Shown in pieces: positions 1 to 13,214 of a DNA stretch of 61,862 nt; the first letter of the stretch is position 1, and every line of letters starts with the position of its first letter. Position numbers and translations under genes: made by a program. The notes under the pieces are model-generated. The model was not told the DNA's origin. It worked only from the letters and a program-made list of their open reading frames with translations, and searched no databases. This DNA comes from Octopus bimaculoides (Eukaryota): positions 95,245,145-95,307,006 of the forward strand of contig NC_068985.1 in the NCBI RefSeq assembly GCF_001194135.2, written 5' to 3'.

Positions 1-480
1 CTAGTGTTATATTGCTACTTTTAACTAATTTTCCTCTTTTCAGGGTTGCTTTGGCACATTTTTCTAATCCGAATTTCATATCTATTTCCTTGGTAAAGCC
101 GTGTACTGTCTGTAGTAGTGTTCCTAGCTCTTTGTCGTTTTTAGCATATAATTTTAGGTCATCCATATATAGAAGGTGGCTCTCCCTGGAATATTCCTCT
201 TCTAATGGGGATGGCTTTCGTTTTCACAAGTCCCTCTTTTGTTTGGAGCTGTAGCACTGTCTGCCATTTGTTCATTGAGTGCTCTATGTATTTTATGATA
301 ATTGGTGCCACCTTGTTTATGGCTAGTGTTTCCAGAATCCACGTGTGAGGCACACTGTCGAAAGCCTTTTCGTAGTCCACCCAGGCCATATTGAGGCCCT
401 TCTTCTTTCTGCGGCTCTCTTCAGTTATGGCTTTATTGATCAATAATTGATCTTTACAGCCGTATGAGCCCTTGAAGCAT
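1..480 (-). mobile_element. R4/Dong-like (REL-clade) non-LTR retrotransposon, reverse transcriptase core fragment, internally deleted; runs off the window start
   Basis: Minus-strand translation gives CFKGSYGCKDQLLINK..., AWVDYEKAFDSVPHTWI and IRRGIFQG. After a deletion and frameshift it continues HLLYMDDLKLYAKNDKEL...MKFGLEKCAKATLKRGK. These are RT motifs typical of R2/R4/Dong-type LINEs. Confidence 0.85.
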
Positions 481-625
481 GTTAACTGAATGTCTATATC
501 CAGTTTAGTGTAAACAAGTTATATAGAAAACAATTACTGCAGAGATGTGACAGAGAAAATGCAAACTAATTAACAATATGGAAGCAACGCATGAGTTATA
601 GTTAAACTGTCTCGGCATAATAACA
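479..625 (+). repeat. 147-bp local direct duplication, copy 1 (copy 2 at 1294-1440)
   Basis: Identical to 1294-1440 (offset 815) except one mismatch (g488/t1303). Confidence 0.95.
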
Positions 626-632
626 GCATCCC

Positions 633-668
<36 letters not shown>

Positions 669-690
669 TTATTATTATTATTATTATTAT
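633..690. repeat. (ATT)n microsatellite
   Basis: Directly visible. Confidence 0.95.
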
Positions 691-1293
691 GTATACATAT
701 TTCGAAATGTCATTTTAGTATGCTTCGACTTTTCAAGAAAAGAGCAAATGCTTGTTTTGCAAGACCTTTCAGCCCTCGGCGATGTAAAAATATTATTCAA
801 ATGCAGTTTCTCCTGTCGGTTTGAAATAGAGTTTCCTTTCCTTTTGTTTTCCAAATGGACTGCCATTATATCATGTAAAAGAATGTATGTTTTCTAAGCC
901 GTTATATAAAAACTGATTTCTTGAAATTATTTCTGCGTCTTAACTGTCATATCCAGTAAATATATCTCTCCGTAAACTACGAGTAAAAATGCCTACCTCT
1001 TTATAGTTGAAAATATCAAGTAAGAAGGTTAATTGTTTTAGCAGCAGGATGCCGTTATTCATTTCCACATTCATTTTCTCTCTATTCAGTGAAATACAAT
1101 TCTAAGTATATCGTTCCAAATGCAGTAGCACAAAAATATATACTAGTGCATACAGATACACAAGAAAACCAATTGCTACGTAATTCACTGAAACTCAACA
1201 AAATAGATATAGGTTATATGAATACAGTCTGCTGATGAAGCAAAGATATACCTCTGATATATTAGTTTACTTGAAATATCATGAATAAAATAT

Positions 1294-1440
1294 ATGTTAA
1301 CTTAATGTCTATATCCAGTTTAGTGTAAACAAGTTATATAGAAAACAATTACTGCAGAGATGTGACAGAGAAAATGCAAACTAATTAACAATATGGAAGC
1401 AACGCATGAGTTATAGTTAAACTGTCTCGGCATAATAACA
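1294..1440 (+). repeat. 147-bp local direct duplication, copy 2
   Basis: See 479-625. Confidence 0.95.
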
Positions 1441-1745
1441 TTTGGTGTTCAGAGTAACACAATATGTATTAACATTTTATTAATTGCAGTCATTAGCGTC
1501 TAAACAATTAGCGATATACTGATAATAAACACGTGCAAGTAATCTATTGGGGTATTATTTAATTTGACAACACGATCGATTGCTCATATCATATATATTT
1601 TCTTTTAAGAGTTTTGGCTCAGGTTCAGCTAGCTGCAAATTTCCAGTCAGTAAATTCGTTCTATATAACACAATTTTCTTGTAATTTATAAGTCCTGATG
1701 CACACATGTGCCAGTATTCATATATACATGCACACACACACACAT

Positions 1746-1778
<33 letters not shown>

Positions 1779-2150
1779 GGTATATAAAAGTTGAATGTGA
1801 ATTGGTCCTTTAATTGGAGGTTTCTAAAAGAGATTTCTAAAGTTGATACTTTATACTTCGCTGGGAGTGAATTTGCGAAGGTATGAAAGTAGTACATGTA
1901 TATAATATATGGTAAATTTATAGAATGAAGCTGCATAAATCCCCTCAGCGTATATCGGTAAAATGTAAGTAAATTCCAGATGCTATATGGTCACGTAATA
2001 TCTTGATATCTAAATTTTTGGCGTTGTTCACATCCCTAAAAGACACAAGGCTTTGATATACATTCATGCATACACCAGCTCTCACTCAGTCAAAAACACA
2101 CTCACACACACACAACAACACACACATACACACAGAGACACACAAATCTC

Positions 2151-2188
<38 letters not shown>

Positions 2189-5174
2189 TATATATATATA
2201 TATATACACTGAGACCCTTATTTCTGCGTACAATGGTCACTAATCTTTTATCCTCTTCCATCTTTCTCTATTTGATGTTATTAGAAGCCTGGCCACCTTA
2301 TGCTACAGCGGAACCGATGCACGCAATGACTTGTGCATATGATATGCACACATAGGCACGTATTATGATCAGACAACACACACACATAATCTACAACGGA
2401 TGTTACATAGTATGTCAGCTAATATATCTGTATATGTATTAATATTGTATGGGTACACGTGTGCGCATGCGTGTGTCTTTGTTTCTTTGCTTGTTTGTGT
2501 GTGTGTGTGAGTATGTTTATGTGTGTGTTGCATAAATATGCATGACAGCACTCACGAAAACATTTACCAGAAACGAAAACACCAATTGACTCAAAAAATC
2601 CGACCCTTAATTTTCTTTTGCGGTAAAAAGAAATCTAAAATACATCTTCACTAAATTTTACAGTCACAATTACAATTGCGATTACTCATAAAGTATTCCA
2701 TTGAAAAAGTCTTCTTTCCTGTTACTTTTAAACTGTGCGTTTTTTTTAAAGGTAAACGTAGAACATAATTTCACTCTTACAGTATATCAAGTATTTTATT
2801 TCAATGTACATTGAAAAGGAAACGCACAAGTAAAAGGTAATCAAGAATCAACATTGTACAGAATCGGATAGAACAGCTTGTATGCTGTCCTTTGTGTTAA
2901 AAAAAAATTCCAATGTTAAAAAGTTTAATCCGTTCAGGATCCTAAACAAAGAACTAGATTACAAGGATGATTTTTGGTATTGTTAAAATATGAAGCAAGT
3001 TGCATTGCATTGTTTACAACATTTATTTGCGTTCTGGCTTCGAATTTTGTCGATAAGCAGTGCTAATACCTCATTTAATGCTGTAATTACAATTCTGTTC
3101 CCGGGAGTCGAAATCTTGCACTCAGAAATTACTTCATAGCGAAAACTTGGATTAACAAGAATGATTCCATGAGAATCGTGTATTGCGTTGCTTTACGTTC
3201 TTTTCATATGATGTTTTTAATATATTTGTTATGGAAATGTTATTATCGTATCTATATTTTATCTGGTGTTTTGTAAGACATTTGTTAAATTATTATTTCC
3301 AAGTTGTAAAATAGTAGATTTTATAGAATATTTTAGTTGATGTGAAAGTCATCATTTGTAAATTTTCTTCTCGAAAACTCCAATACTTCTCCGTTTTCAA
3401 GCTATGTTACTTTAGACATTTGTTATTGTCACAGCTAATGTCGTTTATATCCAACGGAGTTTTTTATTATCAAAAGAAATGATGGCAACTTTACACTATT
3501 TATTTACAGACATTCTACAAATCGATATGCATTATTAATTTTTTTTATGCTATTTGCTATTCTGTTTACTCAATTTTCAAGAATTACTTTCAGGGAATGT
3601 GAATACACCTGCTTTTGTAAGTCAGATAACATCATGTTGAATAAAGTACGCTATTGTCAAGCCTGAATACTTGTTAATAACATCGAATTCGCATGTTCTT
3701 AAAAGGCGGAGAAAACGCCTGGTGCTATTATATTCGTCATTCATTCTGGGTATTACACATAATGGAAAGATCCTTTTGTTCCCCATTATCTCAGGTTGAT
3801 TCCATTTGCAAATTACGTTAAGAGTACGCGTGACATACAGATAATCAGAAACATCATTGTTAGTATGAATATGTAGGTAAACTATGATTCAAACAACAAA
3901 GCGCACATCGTCGAGATGAACAGAGATTTTCCCATCTAAAGTGTTTGAAGGGACAGATTCCCATTGTATAATTGTCAATTATCATAGAAGAATCTCCAAT
4001 TTTACGACGATTTCTAAATGGTTATATATGTATAAAACGTATCGCAATACATTATATGAAAACCTCCTCCAACATTCTGCATTTACCAATTTACCTTTGC
4101 AGATTCATATACTGACGGGCATACGTATATATATATATATATATATATATATATNNNNNNNNNNNNNNNNNNNNNNNNNNNNNNNNNNNNNNNNNNNNNN
4201 NNNNNNNNNNNNNNNNNNNNNNNNNNNNNNNNNNNNNNNNNNNNNNNNNNNNNNNNNNNNNNNNNNNNNNNNNNNNNNNNNNNNNNNNNNNNNNNNNNNN
4301 NNNNNNNNNNNNNNNNNNNNNNNNNNNNNNNNNNNNNNNNNNNNNNNNNNNNNNNNNNNNNNNNNNNNNNNNNNNNNNNNNNNNNNNNNNNNNNNNNNNN
4401 NNNNNNNNNNNNNNNNNNNNNNNNNNNNNNNNNNNNNNNNNNNNNNNNNNNNNNNNNNNNNNNNNNNNNNNNNNNNNNNNNNNNNNNNNNNNNNNNNNNN
4501 NNNNNNNNNNNNNNNNNNNNNNNNNNNNNNNNNNNNNNNNNNNNNNNNNNNNNNNNNNNNNNNNNNNNNNNNNNNNNNNNNNNNNNNNNNNNNNNNNNNN
4601 NNNNNNNNNNNNNNNNNNNNNNNNNNNNNNNNNNNNNNNNNNNNNNNNNNNNNNNNNNNNNNNNNNNNNNNNNNNNNNNNNNNNNNNNNNNNNNNNNNNN
4701 NNNNNNNNNNNNNNNNNNNNNNNNNNNNNNNNNNNNNNNNNNNNNNNNNNNNNNNNNNNNNNNNNNNNNNNNNNNNNNNNNNNNNNNNNNNNNNNNNNNN
4801 NNNNNNNNNNNNNNNNNNNNNNNNNNNNNNNNNNNNNNNNNNNNNNNNNNNNNNNNNNNNNNNNNNNNNNNNNNNNNNNNNNNNNNNNNNNNNNNNNNNN
4901 NNNNNNNNNNNNNNNNNNNNNNNNNNNNNNNNNNNNNNNNNNNATGTGTATGTGTATATCTCGAAATCTCAAGGGGTTATGGATGGAATACACAAAGGGA
5001 CATTGCACAGTACACATACACACATACAGATATACTCACACATTGAAAAGAAACGGTGTGTGCGTGCGTGCGTGTGTGTTTGTGTATCCGCAATACTTTC
5101 CGCTCAACAACAAGACACTTGGGTTTCAGTTGCAAAAATCGCCTTGCTTGTGTCGAGAATTATGACATATTCTT

Positions 5175-5452
5175 GAAAACTTTGTCTAGAACTCTGAATA
5201 GGTATCGCCAAACTTTCGGCAAAATTTGATGCAGATTCTCTGCTCAACTTTCTCTGTCATGGTCACTAGGACGATCACGCTCTACACACCTTCACGCCAA
5301 GTAATGCTGGAGGCAGAGGAAGTAATTTACAATGGCAAAAAGTAGTACGTATGCACAACAGGCGTCAAACTCAATCTGTGCCAAGCGGGTTACTAGTCGT
5401 GCTTTAGCCTCGTTACTATGGCAACAGTTTTTATACTTATGATCAGACCACG
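5175..5452 (-). mobile_element. Mariner (DD34D-type) transposon, 5' terminal fragment
   Basis: The minus strand begins TA|CGTGGTCTGATCA (TA at 5453-5454) and encodes MTEKVEQRICIKFCRKFGDT, a mariner transposase N-terminus. Homologous to 43560-43956. Confidence 0.75.
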
Positions 5453-5633
5453 TAAATGTTTAAAATCTTAACTGACAATGGCGTATTTATGCTACGATAT
5501 AATCTATGGATGCATCAGCTCAATGCTACCGAAACTGCTATAGTGAATTTTGGACCCCATATGCTTTATTCTTTGTATCTATCTACCTTTCTTTCTCTCC
5601 GTCTGTCTGTCTGTCTGTCTGTCTGTATGTCTG

Positions 5634-5704
<71 letters not shown>

Positions 5705-6551
5705 NNNNNNNNNNNNNNNNNNNNNNNNNNNNNNNNNNNNNNNNNNNNNNNNNNNNNNNNNNNNNNNNNNNNNNNNNNNNNNNNNNNNNNNNNNNNNNNN
5801 NNNNNNNNNNNNNNNNATATATATATATATATATATATATATAAGCGTGTATCCATTTATGTTTGGATCTGTGTGTTACATAAGTGAGCATGCGTGCACA
5901 CAATGAATACGTTTTAATCATGCTTTGTGTACAAATTGAGTAAATTGCTGACGGCACACAATACATCAGCGTGTGTTTTATTCAGCTTACCTTATGAAAA
6001 AGATGATGTTATTCAATATCTTGGGAAACAATTCTATGGTTGTTACTTTCAGCGTGTACCCTCTCCATGTTGTGTAATGCAGTTCTGAAATATAATCAAT
6101 AAGTATATAAATTCTCAGAAGTATACGTAAATAAAATCATACACTTATAAATAATGCCCCAAAACGATGTTTAAATTTCAGGTCACATTAGATTCAAAGT
6201 GATACTAAAAGACTGAATGTGAGCGAGGGAGTGACGATGTAGAAAATTTTAAATAAAAACCCCCGCGCCTTTGGAGATTTTTGAAGAAAACACTCCAAGT
6301 GTGTGTAAAAGACACTGCAAAAGAATTTTCACTATATCACTGACAATGAAATCATATTATAGAAATGCTTAAGAATTGCATATTAAAAATAAAAGTTAAA
6401 CGTGGCTTATACTCAGAATATAATTGGAATTTCGAAGACCAAATCTCATAAAGAGCATAATGTCATACAGCAAGTTTCATTAAATCTTCAAACATAAGAT
6501 AATGTGAGACATATATCGTTGCATATTTTCGATTTACGGTTATTCAATCAA

Positions 6552-6685
6552 GTGCCTTTCATCGTTTTGGGGTCGATGAAATAAGTACCAGTTACGCACT
6601 AGAGTCGACGTAATCGACTTAATCCCTTTGCCTGTCCTTGTTTGTCCCTTCTATGTATAGTCCCCTGTGTGCAATAAAGAAATAC
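6552..6685 (+). mobile_element. tRNA-derived SINE, family 'B', 3' part
   Basis: gcctttcatc...ggggtcgat...agtaccagtt...gtcga..taatcgactt matches the body of the fuller copy at 43088-43305. Confidence 0.6.
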
Positions 6686-6757
6686 ATACAGTGAATAGTA
6701 TGGATATATGTGCGTGTGTGGTGTGAGTGAGTGCGGTGTGTGTGTATAATCTATATG

Positions 6758-7110
6758 TGGAGGTGAAATGGCCCGTGGTTAGGGAAGCGGACTAGCGGTT
6801 GTTGGGAGTGTTTATTGAGCGTAAATATCTAAATCTCTACGAGGCTCCGCAGGGGATGGTGGTGAACCCTGTCGTAATCTTTCACCACAACTTTCTTTCA
6901 CTCTTTCTTCTTTTTCTGCTGTACCTGTATTTCAAAAGGGCCAGCCTTGTCACACTCTGTGTCACGCTGAATCTCCCCCGAGAACTACGTTAAGGTTACA
7001 CGTGTCTGTGGAGTGCTCAGCCACTTGTAGGTTAATTTCACCAGCAGGCTGTTCCGTTCATGAAATCAAAATGAACCCTCGTCGTCATAACCGGCGGGTT
7101 ACTACAGCGA
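6758..7110 (+). mobile_element. tRNA-derived SINE, family 'E'
   Basis: Decayed tRNA-like head; the body aligns along its length with the reverse complement of 10695-11038. Confidence 0.75.
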
Positions 7111-7143
7111 CACACACACATACACACACACACATACACACAT

Positions 7144-7211
<68 letters not shown>

Positions 7212-7853
7212 NNNNNNNNNNNNNNNNNNNNNNNNNNNNNNNNNNNNNNNNNNNNNNNNNNNNNNNNNNNNNNNNNNNNNNNNNNNNNNNNNNNNNNNNN
7301 NNNNNNNNNNNNNNNNNNNNNNNNNNNNNNNNNNNNNNNNNNNNNNNNNNNNNNNNNNNNNNNNNNNNNNNNNNNNNNNNNNNNNNNNNNNNNNNNNNNN
7401 NNNNNNNNNNNNNNNNNNNNNNNNNNNNNNNNNNNNNNNNNNNNNNNNNNNNNNNNNNNNNNNNNNNNNNNNNNNNNNNNNNNNNNNNNNNNNNNNNNNN
7501 NNNNNNNNNNNNNNNNNNNNNNNNNNNATATATATATATATATAATCCAGTTATGGGTTATGTTAGCCTCATGAAAGAATGATGTAATTCAAGCAAATAC
7601 TGGTTCAATAACTAATATTTTTGTTGGGTGCGGATTGATACCCATAAACTAATAGGTTCGTGTATAGACCATAGTTTATATTCATGTAAATGTAGAAGAA
7701 CATAGAAAGTCTGCTGTGATGAGTCTACAAATAATCACACAAATTATCTTTTTCATTTTGAAGAGATGATGCTCAGAAATATGATCTTAATTTCTCTGTG
7801 TATAATTGAAACAATTGTAAGGAGTAATGATCGATTTGTTGCTGATAATAAAC

Positions 7854-7938
7854 TCTTCTTCTTATTCTTCTTCTTCTTCTTCTTCTTCTTCTTCTTCTTC
7901 TTCTTCTTCTTCTTCTTCTTCTTCTTCTTCTTCTTCTT
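7854..7938. repeat. (TCT)n microsatellite running into an assembly gap
   Basis: Directly visible. Confidence 0.95.
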
Positions 7939-8682
7939 NNNNNNNNNNNNNNNNNNNNNNNNNNNNNNNNNNNNNNNNNNNNNNNNNNNNNNNNNNNNNN
8001 NNNNNNNNNNNNNNNNNNNNNNNNNNNNNNNNNNNNNNNNNNNNNNNNNNNNNNNNNNNNNNNNNNNNNNNNNNNNNNNNNNNNNNNNNNNNNNNNNNNN
8101 NNNNNNNNNNNNNNNNNNNNNNNNNNNNNNNNNNNNNNNNNNNNNNNNNNNNNNNNNNNNNNNNNNNNNNNNNNNNNNNNNNNNNNNNNNNNNNNNNNNN
8201 NNNNNNNNNNNNNNNNNNNNNNNNNNNNNNNNNNNNNNNNNNNNNNNNNNNNNNNNNNNNNNNNNNNNNNNNNNNNNNNNNNNNNNNNNNNNNNNNNNNN
8301 NNNNNNNNNNNNNNNNNNNNNNNNNNNNNNNNNNNNNNNNNNNNNNNNNNNNNNNNNNNNNNNNNNNNNNNNNNNNNNNNNNNNNNNNNNNNNNNNNNNN
8401 NNNNNNNNNNNNNNNNNNNNNNNNNNNNNNNNNNNNNNNNNNNNNNNNNNNNNNNNNNNNNNNNNNNNNNNNNNNNNNNNNNNNNNNNNNNNNNNNNNNN
8501 NNNNNNNNNNNNNNNNNNNNNNNNNNNNNNNNNNNNNNNNNNNNNNNNNNNNNNNNNNNNNNNNNNNNNNNNNNNNNNNNNNNNNNNNNNNNNNNNNNNN
8601 NNNNNNNNNNNNNNNNNNNNNNNNNNNNNNNNNNNNNNNNNNNNNNNNNNNNNNNNNNNNNNNNNNNNNNNNNNNNNNNNNN

Positions 8683-8721
<39 letters not shown>

Positions 8722-10221
8722 GCATTTATTATAGCCGCATAACAAAGAGAGTATAAAGGAATCTAAGTTGATAGTAAGTAGTATCATTCCATTTTCCTCT
8801 ATATTTGAACAATGCAATATTTGATTCAGAAATAGCATAAAAACTTACTAAATATGTAATCCAATATGTTTGATTCGTTGATATCTTATTGATATCTACT
8901 GTAACTTTGAAATTATTCTAATATGCAAATAATTCACATATTTCATATAATCTCGTATATTTACAATTGTTACAGACGGTGCTGTATATCATCTTTTGAA
9001 GTGAATATTATACTCCTGCATTAACTGCTTAGTCAACGCAATTGAATGATTTCAACTGAAAGTCTTTCATTTCTTTGTATTTGTACTTGTGTAGAAATGT
9101 ATACCATATATTTTCTGAAGTTTTCAGAATAAATATATATTCCTATAATATAGATGCGTCTGCTATCGATAAATGATAGATATATAATTGAAATTATAAA
9201 CTATATTCCACAGTAAATCATATATTTAATCATCAATAAGTGATATTGACGTGCATTCAATCTTTGGGGTGTTATTTGGAATATTAAATTAATAGCATAT
9301 TCTATTTCGAAATGACATGCAGATTTCCCCGAATTCGCGCATTGCTGCCCAAGAACAAAAGCAATGGAGCATCAGCAAATTAAGTACTAGCTATAGGAAA
9401 TATTCATCAACAGTAATTTTTTTTTAATACGTATATGTCTAGCTATTAGAAATATTTATCAAAATTGGGTAATTATTTCTGATATAGAAATTGATATACG
9501 GAATAGTTGCCAAAATTGAACAACTATTTTTTTATGTAGAAAATCTTTGAATTAGTTCTGAAGAGCCGAATCTTGTAAAAGTAAAGAGCTTGATTTTTAT
9601 CGTTATCATAAATGGCTGCTGTGATTTATATGTCTTTTTGCATGAGAAAAACAGTAGGGTAATTGTCTCCATCCATCAAAATTTAATACGAAACACTAAA
9701 TCTAGTTTCAATCCAGTGACTCAACGTACCTGTGAGTTCATGTAGAGGGTGAAATATTTCTAAATTCATACAAACAGATGAATCATATAAATCGGTTCAG
9801 TGCTTAATGAATTATGGAAGAAAAAAGGACAAATATGCTATTTAGGAAATCACTGCTTTATTTGCACAGAAGCCTCTCCTGAGGCTGCATAAAATTGAAT
9901 ATATGTGGTCTTGTGACCGAAGAATGTTACAGATTTAGGAAAGTAAGTTTGCAAAGGAGATTTTTGTCTATAAAATCAATGAGAGTTTGTCAATGAGCAT
10001 AAAATTAATATTGCGTATACTGAAGGGCTTATTTTAGTAGTGGTAGAAAAGAGCATAGTGAAGAAACGTTGTTTCGAGCCAGTGATGATGACCTACGGAC
10101 ATTGGAACGGTTGTGATACATGTATTACTTGGAGGAAGTGTGTAGCGGTCGTTACATATAGAAACAGGGGAAAATAAGAGTGGAGTACAACGGGTTAACA
10201 TATAAACATGTTTGTTATTTA

Positions 10222-10590
10222 TTCTTTTATTTTTTTGTCACTTCACTGCGGCCATGCTGGAACACCGTCCTTAGTCGAACAGCTCGACCCTAGGACGTAT
10301 TCTTTGAAAGCGTAGTACTTTTTCTATCGACCTCTTTCGGCGAACCGCTAAGTTACGGGGAATTAAACACAGCAGCATCGGTTGTCAATCGATGGTGGGG
10401 GTAAAAACACAGACACACACACATATATACAACGGACTTTTTTCAGTTTTCGTCTATGAAATAAATACACTCAGAAGCCTTTGGTCGGCCTGAGGCTATA
10501 GTAGAAGACACATGCCAATGGTGCCACGCACTGAGACTGAACCCGGAACCATGTGGATGGTAAGCAAGCTACTTACCTCACAGCCACTCT
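10222..10590 (-). mobile_element. tRNA-derived SINE, family 'A', with internal (CA/TA)n tract
   Basis: Minus-strand head gagtggctgtgaggtaagtagcttgc...ggttccgggttcagtc (A/B-box-like); colinear with 39001-39390 and 51341-51765. Confidence 0.8.
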
Positions 10591-10694
10591 TGAATAGAAA
10601 TGAATATTATATTTGTATCTCAGCTTAAGAGATGTCTTCGNNNNNNNNNNTATATATATGTATATATCCTTGCTTTATACATATATATATATAT

Positions 10695-11038
10695 GTTGTT
10701 GTTGTTGTTGTTGCTGGCACTCCGTCGCTTACAGCGTCGAGGGTTCCGATCAACGGAACAGCCTGCTCATGAAATTAACGTGCAAGTGGTTGAGCACCCC
10801 ACAGACACGTGTACCCTTATCGTAGTTCTCTGGGATATACATCATGACACACTGTAACAAGGCTGACCCTTTGAATTACAGGCACACCAGAAGCAAGAAG
10901 TAAGAGTGAGAGAAAGTTGTGGTGAAAGAGTACAGCAGAGTTCGCCACCATCCCCTGCCGGAGCCTCGTGGCGCTTTAGGTGTTTTCGCTCAATAAACAC
11001 TCAAAACGCCCGGTCTGGGATTCGAAACCGCGATCCTA
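10695..11038 (-). mobile_element. tRNA-derived SINE, family 'E', with (CAA)n tail
   Basis: B-box-like ggtttcgaatccc on the minus strand; aligns with 6758-7110; ends in (caa)n. Confidence 0.8.
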
Positions 11039-13214
11039 TATATATATATATGATGATATTAATCGTAATAATTGACCAGCATCCTAAATTATACATAAGA
11101 AAGTGTAGATTGGTCATCTCTGCATTTTAAGACAACATAAGGAAGAAAAATCATTTACTTCTCTCACACTGTATCTTTTATTTATATTACATTGTTTTTA
11201 TGAATCTGTTTTTGCTAACTACCGTAAAATCTATTGTCAGGCATAGAGAGAATACTGAGAAACAGATTGTATTGTATGTAGGGATTATCATTTATAAATG
11301 TAAAGCAGTCCACCTTGTAATGTACATAGAGGAGGATACACGACTAGATACAAAACGAGCAGATGTTTAATTCTCACTCCGGAGAATCATTTATAGAGGT
11401 AATAGTGAATCCGGATCCAGTAGATTCATTGAAATATGAGTCATGTTCTTAGTATATTTACATATATGTCTGTCTCTGCATCGATATATATTCTGTGTTT
11501 ACAAAAATATCTCCGGTTTACTTTCCTCCATATGAGCGAGTAACATTACATGTGCGTAAATGTGTGCATATTTGACATCGAATTAGATTATACAGTGCAA
11601 ATAATAGTTGTATTTAGGAGATAAAATGTCGAGTGGACGGGTCTGGTGACCCTCGTTGAGTTGGAAAAGCGTGTCAATCTGGACGATAGAAATAACTGTC
11701 TACAGAAATCATGTCATCAGTTATCTTAAAATTGAGGGGGAACACTGACATGTGTCTATGTATAGGAAACAGTGGTTCTGAACCATGTTTAACGTATGGA
11801 TTTATTTGGTCCCTTCTTTGCTCGGATGGAGACAAATAGCCATTGAATGTCTTAAAAAATTCCATTATAATTAGATATTAGGAATCTTATAAAATAGTTT
11901 TTCATATTTTGTGCCTTATAGAAGTGTAACTAATATATTGTACATACATCGAAGGTATATTTGTTTCACAAATGTTTCACAAATATATGTTTCTCTCTTA
12001 CATATAGCACAGACGAAGAGAGAAAAAACTAGACTGAGAAAAACCCAACGTGTTTCGAGTTGACGGTCGCCAAAGATTTAAATTAGCAGAAGAAGAGTGT
12101 TTCACGAGGCCTGAATGGCAACTCTGAAGTTGGCTTGATGCGTGGATGGGTCGGGGACAATGGTGTCCTGGTGTAGGTGTTTCTGTCATTAAGTTCGTGT
12201 GTGTGGATGTGTATGCGAATGAAATTAATGGGTGCGCGTGATGCTACGTAGGTACATATATATGTGTATGTGAGTGTATTGAGATGCACACACACATATA
12301 CACAGACACGCAAACTATTCGCGAGCGTGTGTACGCATATCTATATATATTTCTAGACGGTTACACATACAAGCACTCACACACACACACATACAAACAC
12401 ACACACATTATACATATAACTATACGGGCGTGCGATATAATTTTCATGTAGCATCTTGCACCAATTTGTTATCATTTCATGCCAATAATGAGCTGTGATT
12501 TGTGTGTAATGTCAGTTTAATGATTGATGATATTTAACATAATTTTCTTTATTCAAACTTATAATATCATTTACTAAATCTATAAATAAAATGTCAGTTT
12601 GTTTAAAACAATTTTGTTATAACGTTTCCGTTTTTTTTTTTTAAATCACATATCTACTTCTTATTCTGCGTTCGTATGTTAGAAGTTTTGCTAGACATGA
12701 AAATCTGAAAATATTTTATTGATACAATTTTTTCCAAATACTCGTTCACGTACCGTAGTGCTACACATACTTATCGTAGTTTATATCGAACAAGCTTATC
12801 ACTATAATTAAAATCATTTAGCTCGAATCTGTTCATATAAGATTAATTAAAATATTTTCTTCAAAGACTTCATTCCACTGCTGTAACTGCAAATCGAGAT
12901 TGTACCAGACTATAAAGCCATTTAATTAAATATGTATTTAATTAAATATCATGTCCAATCCGGTGTTTATTACGTCATAACCTTAAATACCCCTAACGTT
13001 CTTGACTTGTGTTGAACGTTTTCACTTACAGATTTTCTATAGTACTTAGGAGTCGAATATATATTAAAATACCATCCGCGTTCATCATTCAGAATATTCA
13101 ACTAAACATCATTTATCATTTACTTTTACTATTTCTTATCACTTTGTGATGCGTACTACACACAGGTTTAGATCGAAAAACATTATATAGAAGTATTTTA
13201 TTAAGTTCCATTCA

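Noticed and set aside
2462-2471. TGCGCATGCG (NRF1-like)
   Set aside because: Embedded in a decayed (TG)n tract, where such motifs arise trivially.
9387-9462. 24-nt imperfect local repeat (9387-9410 / 9439-9462)
   Set aside because: Short, AT-rich slippage-type duplication with no structure.
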